64,000 nt of DNA from an uncultured Chloroflexia bacterium. GTDB lineage: Bacteria > Chloroflexota > Chloroflexia > QHBQ01 > JADMIH01. The stretch spans positions 544,001 to 608,000 of the forward strand of contig CAWCNY010000002.1 in the NCBI GenBank assembly GCA_963797095.1, read 5' to 3'. The position numbers were made by a program, and so were the translations under genes. How positions within the stretch are numbered: the first letter of the stretch is position 1; each line of letters opens with the position of its first letter. The notes below the pieces were generated by a model. The model was not told the origin of the DNA. It saw nothing but the letters and a program-made list of their open reading frames with translations, and ran no database searches. This document shows, one piece after another, positions 18,858-28,266 of the stretch.

Positions 18858-19667
18858 GTGACTTCCGGTACTCTCGCCCTCCTCGGTTCGGGCGAAACCT
18901 CTTCCCAGGGCCGTAAAATCCACGACTACCTAATGTCCCGCGTTGGCACAGTCCCCGTCCGCGTCACCCTGCTCGAAACCCCCGCCGGGTTCCAGCCCAA
19001 CGCCCACACCGTCTACCGCAAGATCGGCGATTTCATGCAGAAAAGCCTCCAAAACTTCCGCCCTGAGATCGAATACGTCCAGGCCCACCGTAAATCCATC
19101 CCCACAACCACCGCCTCCGACCGCCTCCTGCTCGATGCCCACTACATCTTCTCCGGGCCGGGCAGCCCCACCTATGCCGCCCGCAACCTCCAATCCACCC
19201 GTACCCTCGACCTCCTCACCGAAGCCCACAAACACGGTGCCACCCTCGTCCTATCCAGCGCCGCCGCCATAGCCGCGGGAAGCTCCGTAATCCGCGTCTA
19301 CGAGATCTTCAAGGCTGGGGCCGACCTCGGTTGGGACAACGGCCTCCACCTCCTCCCCTCCCTCGGCCTCGGCATAGACCCGGTAATCGTCACCCACTGG
19401 AACAACACCGAGGGCGGAGCCGACCTCGACACCTCCCGCTGCTACATGGGCCGGCACCGCTTCAGCAGCCTGGTAGAAATGCTCCCCATTCCCACCTCCA
19501 TCCTCGGCATCGACGAGCACACCGCCTGCATATTCGAGCACGACGCCGCCTCAATCCGGGTAATGGGCGCGGGCACTGCCACCATAATCAACAACGGCAC
19601 CACCACCGTAGTACCCGCAGGCCAATCCTTCCTCATCTCCCTCCTTCGTACCCCCAAAGCCGCTTGA
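18858..19667 (+). CDS. Cyanophycinase/peptidase S51-like (class I glutamine amidotransferase-like) protein
   Basis: LLGSGET, FSGPGSPTY, SSAAA, HWNN.EGG, LGIDEHTA. Confidence 0.7.
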   Translation: MTSGTLALLGSGETSSQGRKIHDYLMSRVGTVPVRVTLLETPAGFQPNAHTVYRKIGDFMQKSLQNFRPEIEYVQAHRKSIPTTTASDRLLLDAHYIFSGPGSPTYAARNLQSTRTLDLLTEAHKHGATLVLSSAAAIAAGSSVIRVYEIFKAGADLGWDNGLHLLPSLGLGIDPVIVTHWNNTEGGADLDTSRCYMGRHRFSSLVEMLPIPTSILGIDEHTACIFEHDAASIRVMGAGTATIINNGTTTVVPAGQSFLISLLRTPKAA

Positions 19668-19698
19668 CCATATAGCCTGGTCGGATATACAATCGCAA

Positions 19699-19716
19699 TG
19701 CGAACAATAGTTCGCA
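19699..19716. promoter_or_regulatory. Palindromic operator resembling a Gram-positive-type LexA box
   Basis: TG-CGAAC-AATA-GTTCG-CA just downstream of TTGACC-N18-TACAAT. Confidence 0.4.
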
Positions 19717-19792
19717 ACGTGAACCGGCTGCGTCTCGATCCGCGTGTATCGGATCGCTATCTTCAGAATAAATCGCAGGAGAGACAACACCA

Positions 19793-20281
19793 ATGCAACG
19801 CCCCACCAATAGCCCCCATTCAATTGACGAGTATATCACCACCTTCCCACCGGATATACAGGCCCTTCTTGAAACAGTGCGCGCCACCATCAAAGCCTCA
19901 GCACCCGGCGCAGAAGAGCGCATAAGCTATCAGATGCCGGCATTCGCGCTCCACGGGAATCTCGTCTATTTTGCCGCCCTCAAGAACCACATCGGGCTTT
20001 ATCCAACAGGAAGCGGGATTGAGGCATTTAAGGACGAATTATCCGGCTATAAGAGCACAAAAGGCTCGGTAAAGTTCCCCATCAATCAGCCCCTGCCGCT
20101 GGACCTGATAAGCAGAATTGTTCAATTTAGAGTTACCGAGAATCTCAACAAAGCCGAGGCAAAACACGCAAGAAGGCATAACTCACCCCAACATCTACCC
20201 GGAAAGCAAACACCCAGCGACAGCCCACCTCAGCTTTACCCTGTCTATAGTGCTGTTTCGCCTCCTAACACATCAAAATAA
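19793..20281 (+). CDS. DUF1801 / YdhG-like protein
   Basis: IDEYI..FP...L..VRATI...AP.AEE.ISYQMP.F...HIGLYP...KGSV.FP...PLP. Confidence 0.85.
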   Translation: MQRPTNSPHSIDEYITTFPPDIQALLETVRATIKASAPGAEERISYQMPAFALHGNLVYFAALKNHIGLYPTGSGIEAFKDELSGYKSTKGSVKFPINQPLPLDLISRIVQFRVTENLNKAEAKHARRHNSPQHLPGKQTPSDSPPQLYPVYSAVSPPNTSK

Positions 20282-20715
20282 CCCCAAAATCGCCAAAAAA
20301 CTACCCATTTGGCCGTATCCAAATACAAACAAATGTGCTAAGATCAAGAGTGAAATAGCTAATTCACCTCCGAGCCGCGCAGCAAGGAGGACATAGAGAA
20401 CCGGCTGGTGTCCCTATGTACCTGGCAACCAAAAATCGCCGGTTGCCATCCTGCGTTCTAGCCTCACAACCAAACACACTCAGTACTCGGCACTCAGTAC
20501 TCGGTACTGACCACAGTACTGACCAAAGCACTTTCACATAGGGGCTAGACAAAATAACACGAGCGTGATAAGCACAGGCCAAACTACATGCCACGTGTCA
20601 CGACCACCCCGGCTTGCCCTACCCAGAAAGCAATAAGGGTAGCACCTTCCCCCTTCCAACCTACACCTGAGCAGGAAGCAATAACCACTACCCCCACTCC
20701 CCACTCCCCACCCCA

Positions 20716-20769
20716 AACCAGGAACCAGGAACTTGGAACCAGGAACTTGGAACTTGGAACTAGCAACCG
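20716..20769 (+). repeat. Heptamer array AAC(CA/TT)GG
   Basis: aaccagg aaccagg aacttgg aaccagg aacttgg aacttgg aactagc. Confidence 0.9.
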
Positions 20770-20892
20770 GAATAGTCCCCTGCTGCCCACGCGGAACACG
20801 GACCAGTTGCGCCACAGGGACACCATCCCGTAAGCCAACCATCCACCGCTCAACTAGCGATGATCCACAAGCAAACGAACCAACAAGGTCCT

Positions 20893-20920
20893 TGTCATCC
20901 TGAGCGAAGCGAAGGATCTC
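20893..20920. repeat. REP-like element (GTCATCCTGAGCGAAGCGAAGGATCT type); related copy at 40244-40274
   Basis: Shared TGTCATCCTGA...GAAGGAT core at two sites. Confidence 0.65.
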
Positions 20921-21331
20921 GCTCTCCAAGATCACACTTTGGCAACCAACCAACCCACAGAGTGCCCACAACGAGCAAGATCCCCACAACGCAAAAGATC
21001 AAGATGCGTTTCCAGCAAGATCCCAACCGTTAGCAGAGCACAATAACCAACAACCAAATAGAACAGGATAAGGGTGCATGAAGACCCAACCAAAACAAAA
21101 CCAACCCTCATGCACCCTTTTCCCCATACCCACTACCACCAATACGAAATACGCAGTACGCAGTACCAACAATCCTTCGTGCCCTTCGCTCTCCTTCGTA
21201 TCTTCGTGTACAAGAATCCAATCAAGAAGCCATACACAACACTAACAACCCAAACATGCGTTATAATAGTCACCACTTCAGCGCCCATCCACAGGCGCAT
21301 CTGGCACCACACACCAACCAGGAGAAACACC

Positions 21332-21640
21332 ATGAAGTTCCTTATCATGTGGGAATTAGACGTTGCCCGCCTATCCATGGATGTAGTTCACTCAGTAATG
21401 CGCATGCCCGCCTATGCCGACAAGCTCACCGCCCAGGGTAAACTCGAAAAGCGCTGGCACATAGTCGGCAAGCACGGCGGGGCCTGGGTCTACGATGTCG
21501 CCTCCAACGAAGAGTTGGAGCGCCTGCTAGCCATGGCCCCCGTCTACAACTTCGCCCACTACGATGTCTATCCCCTCGCCGAAATGGAATCTCCGGCCAA
21601 CATCCTCCAACCACCCGACCAGCAACCCGACGCTAAATAA
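21332..21640 (+). CDS. Muconolactone delta-isomerase-like / DUF3303-type small protein
   Basis: W.IVG..G..WVYDV.SNEEL..LL...P.Y.F..Y.VYPLA; AGGAG RBS. Confidence 0.65.
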   Translation: MKFLIMWELDVARLSMDVVHSVMRMPAYADKLTAQGKLEKRWHIVGKHGGAWVYDVASNEELERLLAMAPVYNFAHYDVYPLAEMESPANILQPPDQQPDAK

Positions 21641-21743
21641 GAGCTACTAGACTACTCCCCATCTTCCCCAATCTTCATACCCTTTTCAGAAAGGATTGTT
21701 ATCATAAAATAACCACAAGCGACTGAACAGAAGGAGGAACCAA

Positions 21744-22592
21744 ATGGATACGAACATCTCAAGGCTAGCGAACGCTTTCCTGGTAGTAGCCGCTCTGTTG
21801 ATCCTTATCGGCCTCGCCCTCTTCGTCTTCGCCAACTCCGTCGCCACCCTCCCGGCCAACCTCCGCTCAGGCAACATCTGGCCCTGGGCAATCGGTCCCC
21901 TCGCCCTACGCTTCGTGGCCTCCTTCTTCGTCGCCGCGGGCTTTACCTTCTACCTCGTAAGCCGCCGCCCCGATTACCCGACCCTCACCGCCTTCTCCTC
22001 CATCGCCACCGGCTTCACCATCATGCTTCTCCTCCATCTCCTCCTCAACCTCGGCAGCCTCGATTGGTCCAAGCCCCTCGCTTACGCCTGGCTTATCGCC
22101 CTCCTCGTCGGCTTCGTCTGCTCTCTACTCCTCCTTCTGCGCTCGCGCCCGAAGGCCGTTCTCACAGTCCCTCCCCTCCCTCCGACACCTTCCACCGCTC
22201 GCTTCGTAGCCTACTTCATCCTCGTGCTCACCGTCATCGTCGGCGGCGTAATGTTCCTCTTCCCTGACTTCGGCAGAGAGCGCTGGCCCTGGGACCTCAG
22301 CAACCCCACTAACGTGCAGCTCCTGGGAGCCATCTTCCTCTCCGCTGCCATAAGCTCCACCCTCACCGTCTCGCAACCTAGCTGGTACGGCTACGACCTC
22401 TTCTACCCCAGCGCAGGCATCTTCATCATCCTCGCTCTCCTGGCAACCTTCATGCACTGGAGCCTCTTCGACAAGCCTCTCACCAGTTGGGTATTCGTAG
22501 CCATCTACGCAGTAAGCGGCATTCTGGCCTTCTACACCTACTTCCGCTACGCTTTCAACCGGCAAAGCACAGCCCAGCTACAGACCTCCTGA
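21744..22592 (+). CDS. Hypothetical membrane protein with internal duplication (two WPW-containing halves)
   Basis: About 8 TM helices; IWPW and RWPW motifs. Confidence 0.7.
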   Translation: MDTNISRLANAFLVVAALLILIGLALFVFANSVATLPANLRSGNIWPWAIGPLALRFVASFFVAAGFTFYLVSRRPDYPTLTAFSSIATGFTIMLLLHLLLNLGSLDWSKPLAYAWLIALLVGFVCSLLLLLRSRPKAVLTVPPLPPTPSTARFVAYFILVLTVIVGGVMFLFPDFGRERWPWDLSNPTNVQLLGAIFLSAAISSTLTVSQPSWYGYDLFYPSAGIFIILALLATFMHWSLFDKPLTSWVFVAIYAVSGILAFYTYFRYAFNRQSTAQLQTS

Positions 22593-22600
22593 AACCCAAA

Positions 22601-22803
22601 AGGGGCGTGCGGGGCTACTCCCCCGGCAGGGAGTTTGGGGAGTGTCCCCCAGCACTTCCCCTGCTTACCCGACTAAAAGGGGGCGCAGTGGTACTCCCCT
22701 GACAGAGGGAGTGATGGGGGGCAGTGGGGTGTCCCCTAACTCTACTTCTTCTTTAATTAAACTCCCCTCTCCCTATCAGGGGAGAGGGGCAGGGGGTGAG
22801 GGG
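22601..22803. repeat. Cluster of GC-rich REP-like palindromic elements between convergent genes
   Basis: Two related GGGG...TACTCCCC...GGGAG...GTGTCCCC units, then CTCCCCTCTCCC-tatca-GGGGAGAGGGG..GGGGTGAGGG; similar unit at 58601-58640. Confidence 0.6.
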
Positions 22804-22847
22804 TGTTCGCATTCACTACCCTGAGGGTTCCAACAAAAGGCCAATCC

Positions 22848-23270
22848 TTAAGAGCCTTCACCCGCACGCCTGAAGGTGTAGCACCATGCCTCCCCTTCCA
22901 GCACCACCTCCCCATCCTGCCGCCTCACGGTCATCTTCAACTGCGTAACCGGCTTGCTGGCATGCATCGACAGCACCTCCGCTTCCCCTGTAATCGTATC
23001 CCCAATGAACACAGGAGCCGTAAACTTCCAGTCCTGGCTCAAGAACACAGTCCCAGGACCCGGCATATCCATCGCCACCAGCGCATGCAACACCCCGGTC
23101 GTCAGCCCGCCCTGCACCACCAGCCGCCCGAACTGTGTCCCCGCCGCGAACTCCTCATCGAAATGCAATGGATTGTAATCCCCGGTCATCTCAGCGTAAG
23201 CCCGCACATGCTCCGCCGTCAAAGTAAGGTTGCGGCGAGCCTTCTGCCCAATCGAAACCGTCAATCCCAT
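22848..23270 (-). CDS. MaoC family dehydratase
   Basis: GDYNPLHFD, QGGL, PGPG.VFLSQ..KFTAPVFIGDTI. Confidence 0.9.
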   Translation of the reverse strand: MGLTVSIGQKARRNLTLTAEHVRAYAEMTGDYNPLHFDEEFAAGTQFGRLVVQGGLTTGVLHALVAMDMPGPGTVFLSQDWKFTAPVFIGDTITGEAEVLSMHASKPVTQLKMTVRRQDGEVVLEGEAWCYTFRRAGEGS

Positions 23271-23324
23271 GCCGTCCTCCTCTCCATTCCACAACCAACA
23301 GTCAAGCACCTCACGACACGAACC

Positions 23325-23443
23325 AATCAGGAACCAGGAACCAGGAACCAGGAGCCAGGAGCCGGGAACCAGGAACCAGGAGCCGGGAACCAGGAACCAG
23401 GAACCAGGAGCCAGAAACTACCGACTACCGACTACCGACTACC
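23325..23443 (+). repeat. 17 in-register heptamers (A[A/G]CC[A/G]GG-type x13, then [A/G]ACTACC x4)
   Basis: Counted directly from sequence. Confidence 0.95.
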
Positions 23444-23507
23444 CACCCCCCAAGTGGTATAATGATATCCCACAGTTTACAGCATATGCTGAGGAACTAC
23501 ATTATCT

Positions 23508-26294
23508 ATGGCTGACTTCACTACCGGTACAGTTACCTTCCTGTTCACCGACATAGAAGGGAGCACCCTCCTCTGGGAGCAACACCCTGAGGCAGCCAAT
23601 GCTGCCCTCGTGCGCCACGATGCCATCATAGAGAATCTTGTGGTCGAGCACCTGGGCATAGTAGTGCGCCCGCGTGGCGAAGGCGACAGCAGGTTCGCCG
23701 TTTTCCCCCGCGCCACCGACGCCGTCACCGCCGCCGCCTCCATCCAGAAAGCGCTCTACGCCGAACCGTGGCCCACGCCCCGCCCCCTCCGGGTGCGCAT
23801 GGCCCTCCATACCGGCGAGGCCGAGCTGCGCGACGGCGACTATTACGGTAGTGCCGTCAACCGCTGCGCCCGCCTTCGCTCCGCCGCTCATGGCGGGCAA
23901 ACCCTCATTTCTCAGGCCACCTTCAACCTGGTCAGCGATGCCCTCGCCCCAACCCTCAGTTTCCTCGACCTGGGCGAGCACCGCCTCAAAGACCTGGAAC
24001 GTCCTGAGCATATCTTCCAACTGGTGATCCCCGACCTCCCGGCTGATTTCCCTCCCCTCAACACACTCGACAGGCGACCTCACAACCTGCCCATACAGCG
24101 CACCCCCATAATCGGGCGCGAGAAAGAGGTCGAAGCCATCAGCGAGATACTCCTGCGCGACCGCACCGGGCTGCTCACCCTCACCGGCCCCGGTGGCACC
24201 GGCAAGACTCGCCTCGGCCTGCAAGTATCCGCCGAGCTTGCCGATCAATTCGACGCCGGGGCCTTCATGGTCGCCCTGGCCCCCATCGACGATCCTTCCC
24301 TTGTGGTTTCTACTATAGCCCGCACCCTGGAGATCCCTGACACGGGCGGACGCACTCAACTCGATGCCCTCAAAGATTACCTGCGCCCCAAACACTTCCT
24401 CCTCTTCCTCGACAACTTCGAGCAAGTCCTTCCCGCAGGCCCGGTCGTAACTGAGCTACTCGCTGCCGCCCCCCGTCTGAAAGTGCTGGTGACCAGCCGC
24501 GAGGCGTTGCACCTCTACGGAGAGTACGAATATCCGGTCTCCCCCCTTACTGTCCCCGACCTTGAAGATACCCATCTCCCACCTCAGCAGCTCAGCCAGT
24601 ACGAAGCGGTGCGTCTCTTCATCGAGCGCGCCAAAGCCATCAAGCCCGATTTCAGCATCAACGATGACAACGCACCTGCCGTGGCCGAGATTTGCTTCCG
24701 GCTCGATGGCCTCCCCCTCGCCATCGAGCTTGCTGCCGCCCGCATCCGCCTTCTCCCACCCCAGGCCATGCTCCCCCGCCTGCAAGGTAAATTGCAGGCG
24801 CGTCTGCAACTTCTCACAGGTGGGGCAAGAGACCTCCCCGCTCGCCAGCAGACCTTGCGTGGCGCTATCGAGTGGAGCTACGACCTCCTCACCGCCGACG
24901 AACAGAAGCTCTTCAACATGCTCTCCATCTTCATGGGTGGATGCACCCTCGAAGCAGCCGAGGCGGTCTGCGATGTCACCCACCTTGCGGTCGATCTTCT
25001 CAATGGGCTCGAGTCCCTCGTCTCCAAGAGCCTTGTGCGACAGTCGGAAACCAGCAGTGGCGAGCCTCGTTTCTGGATGCTCGAAACCATCCGCGAATAT
25101 GGCCTTGAGCAGCTTGCGGCGAGCGGTGAGCTAGATAACCTGCGCCGTAGGCATGCCGACTATTTTGTGGCGCTTGCCGAAGAGGGCGAGAAGGGCATTG
25201 TCGGCCCTCAGATCGTAGAGTGGTTGGATCGTCTTGAAGCCGAACACGACAACTTCCAATCCGTGCTCGAATGGGCAGTCGGACGCGAAGATGGCGATTG
25301 GGGGTTACGCCTGATCGGCTCTCTCTGGCACTTCTGGCAGGCCCACGGTTACATGAGAGAGGTGATCGGGTGGGTGGAAGAAAGCATCAACGCTGCCGGC
25401 ACACCCACCAACTCCCTTGTCTGGGTCAAGGTTTTGATGGCCCATCGTTTCATCAAGTGGAACCAGGGCGATATCTACGCTACCGATAATACCATGGAGC
25501 GTGCAGTAGCAATCGCACGCAGGATCGGGGCACGCGAGTATGAGGCCTGGGGACTCTCAGTGCTTCATACGCTACGCATACTCAGCAACGATCACATATC
25601 TGATCGTGCTGCTATACTCTCCACCTTACAAAAAGTGCTGGTGTTGGATCGCCAGCTTGGAAACACCTGGTATGGTGCCTTTTCCATAATGATCCTTGGG
25701 CTCGCTCACAATGGGCTTGGCGATTTCGATGAGGGGCGCGCCCTTTGCGAAGAGGCACTCATCCTGTACCGCAAACTCGGCGACCTGTGGGGTGTTTCTC
25801 AAGCTGTAAACATACTGGGCGACCTGGCCCGTATACGAGGCGATTACGCTGAGGCGCAGCGCCTCTACGAAGAGAGCCTGGCTCTCTACCGTAAATTGGG
25901 TAACAAAGCCGATGTGCCTGCCTCCCTTCATAACCTGGCCTATGTTGCCCTCCACCAAAATGACCTTGAACGCGCTACACTGTTGTTCAAGGAAAGCATA
26001 GACTTACAGCTTGATAGAGGCAACCGGCTCGGCGTGATCGAGTGTCTTTTTGGCTTCGCAGGTACCGCTCTGGCTGCGCAACAGATCGAGCGGGCAACCC
26101 GCCTTTTTGTAGCCGCGACCAGGTTGCAGGATGAGCAAAGGGCCCAGGTTTGGCCCGCCGAACGCGCCGAGCATGAGCGCAGCCTGGCTCAGTTGCATGC
26201 CCTCATGGACGATGCTGCCTGGCAGGCTGCCTGGGCAAAAGGCCAGTCATTGACCCTGGATCAGGCCGTCGATTACGCTCTACAGGAGAATTAG
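23508..26294 (+). CDS. Adenylate/guanylate cyclase domain + STAND ATPase + TPR protein
   Basis: FLFTDIEGST, GEGD, VNR.ARL, GPGGTGKT, LDNFEQ, LDGLPLAIELAA, C-terminal TPRs. Confidence 0.9.
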   Translation: MADFTTGTVTFLFTDIEGSTLLWEQHPEAANAALVRHDAIIENLVVEHLGIVVRPRGEGDSRFAVFPRATDAVTAAASIQKALYAEPWPTPRPLRVRMALHTGEAELRDGDYYGSAVNRCARLRSAAHGGQTLISQATFNLVSDALAPTLSFLDLGEHRLKDLERPEHIFQLVIPDLPADFPPLNTLDRRPHNLPIQRTPIIGREKEVEAISEILLRDRTGLLTLTGPGGTGKTRLGLQVSAELADQFDAGAFMVALAPIDDPSLVVSTIARTLEIPDTGGRTQLDALKDYLRPKHFLLFLDNFEQVLPAGPVVTELLAAAPRLKVLVTSREALHLYGEYEYPVSPLTVPDLEDTHLPPQQLSQYEAVRLFIERAKAIKPDFSINDDNAPAVAEICFRLDGLPLAIELAAARIRLLPPQAMLPRLQGKLQARLQLLTGGARDLPARQQTLRGAIEWSYDLLTADEQKLFNMLSIFMGGCTLEAAEAVCDVTHLAVDLLNGLESLVSKSLVRQSETSSGEPRFWMLETIREYGLEQLAASGELDNLRRRHADYFVALAEEGEKGIVGPQIVEWLDRLEAEHDNFQSVLEWAVGREDGDWGLRLIGSLWHFWQAHGYMREVIGWVEESINAAGTPTNSLVWVKVLMAHRFIKWNQGDIYATDNTMERAVAIARRIGAREYEAWGLSVLHTLRILSNDHISDRAAILSTLQKVLVLDRQLGNTWYGAFSIMILGLAHNGLGDFDEGRALCEEALILYRKLGDLWGVSQAVNILGDLARIRGDYAEAQRLYEESLALYRKLGNKADVPASLHNLAYVALHQNDLERATLLFKESIDLQLDRGNRLGVIECLFGFAGTALAAQQIERATRLFVAATRLQDEQRAQVWPAERAEHERSLAQLHALMDDAAWQAAWAKGQSLTLDQAVDYALQEN

Positions 26295-26456
26295 CGCGAC
26301 ATCGCAGCACACACAGGCAAGTTTGGCTAGCTATCCGTTATATCCGGAGTTTATGGTTTGTGGGTCATTAACCAAGAAACCCGAATCGCTCCTTCGCCGT
26401 ATATAGTCCCGAACTTGGCGAATCGACATGCTACAACTACTGAGAAAGGCTATTCT

Positions 26457-26855
26457 ATGAGCATATTCAACCCGGCAGAAATCGACTATCTGCAAAGCCT
26501 CCGTATAGGACGGGTCGCCACCGTCAGCCCCAACGGTGATCCTCATGTGGTGCCCCTCCGCTTCAAGTACAACCCGCAAGAGGATGCAATCGACCTGCTT
26601 GGTAGCGACCTCAGTAGTAGCAAGAAATACCGTGATGCCCAGGCCACGGGGCGCATCGCCTTCGTTGTAGATGATATCGCCGACGGCAAACCCCGCGGCA
26701 TCGAGATTCGCGGTAGGGCCGAAATCCACCCAACCGGCGGCGAGTCCCTGATGAAGAACGTTGGCACCGCTTTTATCCGCCTGATACCCACCCGCATCGC
26801 TGTGTGGGGCATAAACTCAAACTCCTACCACCCGGTCAGCCGCAAAGTTGGTTAG
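26457..26855 (+). CDS. PPOX-class F420-dependent oxidoreductase
   Basis: GRVATV...G.PHVVP, KKYR, AFVVDD, RGIEIRG.AE. Confidence 0.85.
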   Translation: MSIFNPAEIDYLQSLRIGRVATVSPNGDPHVVPLRFKYNPQEDAIDLLGSDLSSSKKYRDAQATGRIAFVVDDIADGKPRGIEIRGRAEIHPTGGESLMKNVGTAFIRLIPTRIAVWGINSNSYHPVSRKVG

Positions 26856-26887
26856 CAGTCTGTATAGAAGAAAGTAGATGGCAGCAA

Positions 26888-28222
26888 ATGGCTAAACCAT
26901 TCTCCGAAATCCCGCTTGTAGATGTCACACCATTTGATGAAGCCTTTTGGCGAGGCGACCTGTGCGCCACTATGGCCCAGGCCGCGCACGAATATGGCCC
27001 CGTATTCCGCTGGATCCCAACTTCACCCGAAGAGGCCGGGCAAATGCGCCTCTCTATGGTCGGCCCCGAAGCCAATCGCTTCGTTATGAACTCCCATCGC
27101 CAGCACTTCAGCCATGAGATCGGCTGGTCGCCCCTCATCAATGAAACCATGGGTCGTGGCCTCCTAACCATGGACGACCCCGAACACGCTATCCATCGCA
27201 AGATGTGGAATCCCGCCTTCGCCGCCTCATATATGGGCACCTACCTCCCAATTATGCAAAGAGTGGTTGAAGAGCGCACCGCTCGATGGCCCCAGTTAGG
27301 TGAGATCGACCTCTATTCCGAAGCGCGCGAGATCACATTCGATATCGCGGCGGCGGCCCTTGCGGGCTTTGATAGAGGTGAGCAGGTGGACAACCTTCGC
27401 ACCCTCTTCTATGGCCTCCTCCATGGCTTCGACGAGAGCGTACCGTTTGAGGAGTATGTGGCGGGCTTCTATGCATCCCGCGACAAACTATTCCACATAC
27501 TCACAGATATGATCGCAGAGCGCCGCGCCGCCGCGCCCGAAGAAAGGCCACGCGATGTCCTTAGCCTGATCGTCCACGCTCGCGATGACCAGGGGCAACC
27601 CCTCACCGATATGCAGGTGCTCGGCCACCTCAATATCCTCCTGGTAGCCGGCCACGAGACTACCACCACTCTCAGTACCTGGGCGCTCTACCTCCTCTCC
27701 ACTATGCCCGAACATCGCGACCGCATCCTGGCCGAGCTTTCGGCTTCAATGAATGGCAATGATGAGCCATCCATCGAAGCCATCAGGAGCCTCAAGCACC
27801 TGGACAACTTTGTGCGCGAGACAGGCAGGATGTACCCGCCTGTCATCAATGTCCCGCGTGGTGTCGTTGATGACGTCGAGTTCGCGGGCTATACCATCCC
27901 CAGGGGCACGGTTGTGCGCCTGAGTCTCGGCGCTTGCCACTATCTCCCTTCTGTCTGGACCGACCCACAGACTTTTGACCCCGACCGATTGGCCCCGCCC
28001 CGCGAGGAAGATAAAAGCACCCCTTATTCCCTCGTCACATTCGGTGGCGGTCCCCGAGTCTGCATAGGCCAGCATTTTGCCCTGATAGAAACGAAAGCTC
28101 TCGTCGCCCATGTCCTGCGCAACTACCTCCTTGAGCCTGTAACATCCACCAGGCCGGTGCTTGCCGGGTTTTTCAACTCGTTCATACCAGGCGGTGTGCC
28201 TATGCGTGTTCGTTCTCTCTGA
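26888..28222 (+). CDS. Cytochrome P450
   Basis: AGHETT, ETGR (ExxR), FDPDR, FGGGPRVCIG heme motif. Confidence 0.95.
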   Translation: MAKPFSEIPLVDVTPFDEAFWRGDLCATMAQAAHEYGPVFRWIPTSPEEAGQMRLSMVGPEANRFVMNSHRQHFSHEIGWSPLINETMGRGLLTMDDPEHAIHRKMWNPAFAASYMGTYLPIMQRVVEERTARWPQLGEIDLYSEAREITFDIAAAALAGFDRGEQVDNLRTLFYGLLHGFDESVPFEEYVAGFYASRDKLFHILTDMIAERRAAAPEERPRDVLSLIVHARDDQGQPLTDMQVLGHLNILLVAGHETTTTLSTWALYLLSTMPEHRDRILAELSASMNGNDEPSIEAIRSLKHLDNFVRETGRMYPPVINVPRGVVDDVEFAGYTIPRGTVVRLSLGACHYLPSVWTDPQTFDPDRLAPPREEDKSTPYSLVTFGGGPRVCIGQHFALIETKALVAHVLRNYLLEPVTSTRPVLAGFFNSFIPGGVPMRVRSL

Positions 28223-28266
28223 CCATTAATAGCCAGATCAGCGGTTGGATCACTGGAGGTGTAGCT

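Larger units (their letters stand above)
20350..21121 (+). ncRNA. Candidate long structured non-coding transcript (unassigned)
   Basis: Extended -10 TGcTAAGAT (20336-20344), at least six consecutive hairpins, 12-bp terminator stem with T tract (21070-21121), no credible ORF. Confidence 0.35.

Noticed and set aside
20364-20989. Short ORFs in the 20.3-21.3 kb gap
   Set aside because: They translate heptamer/REP repeats (RNQELGT, STECRVL, VILSE) and lack recognisable domains
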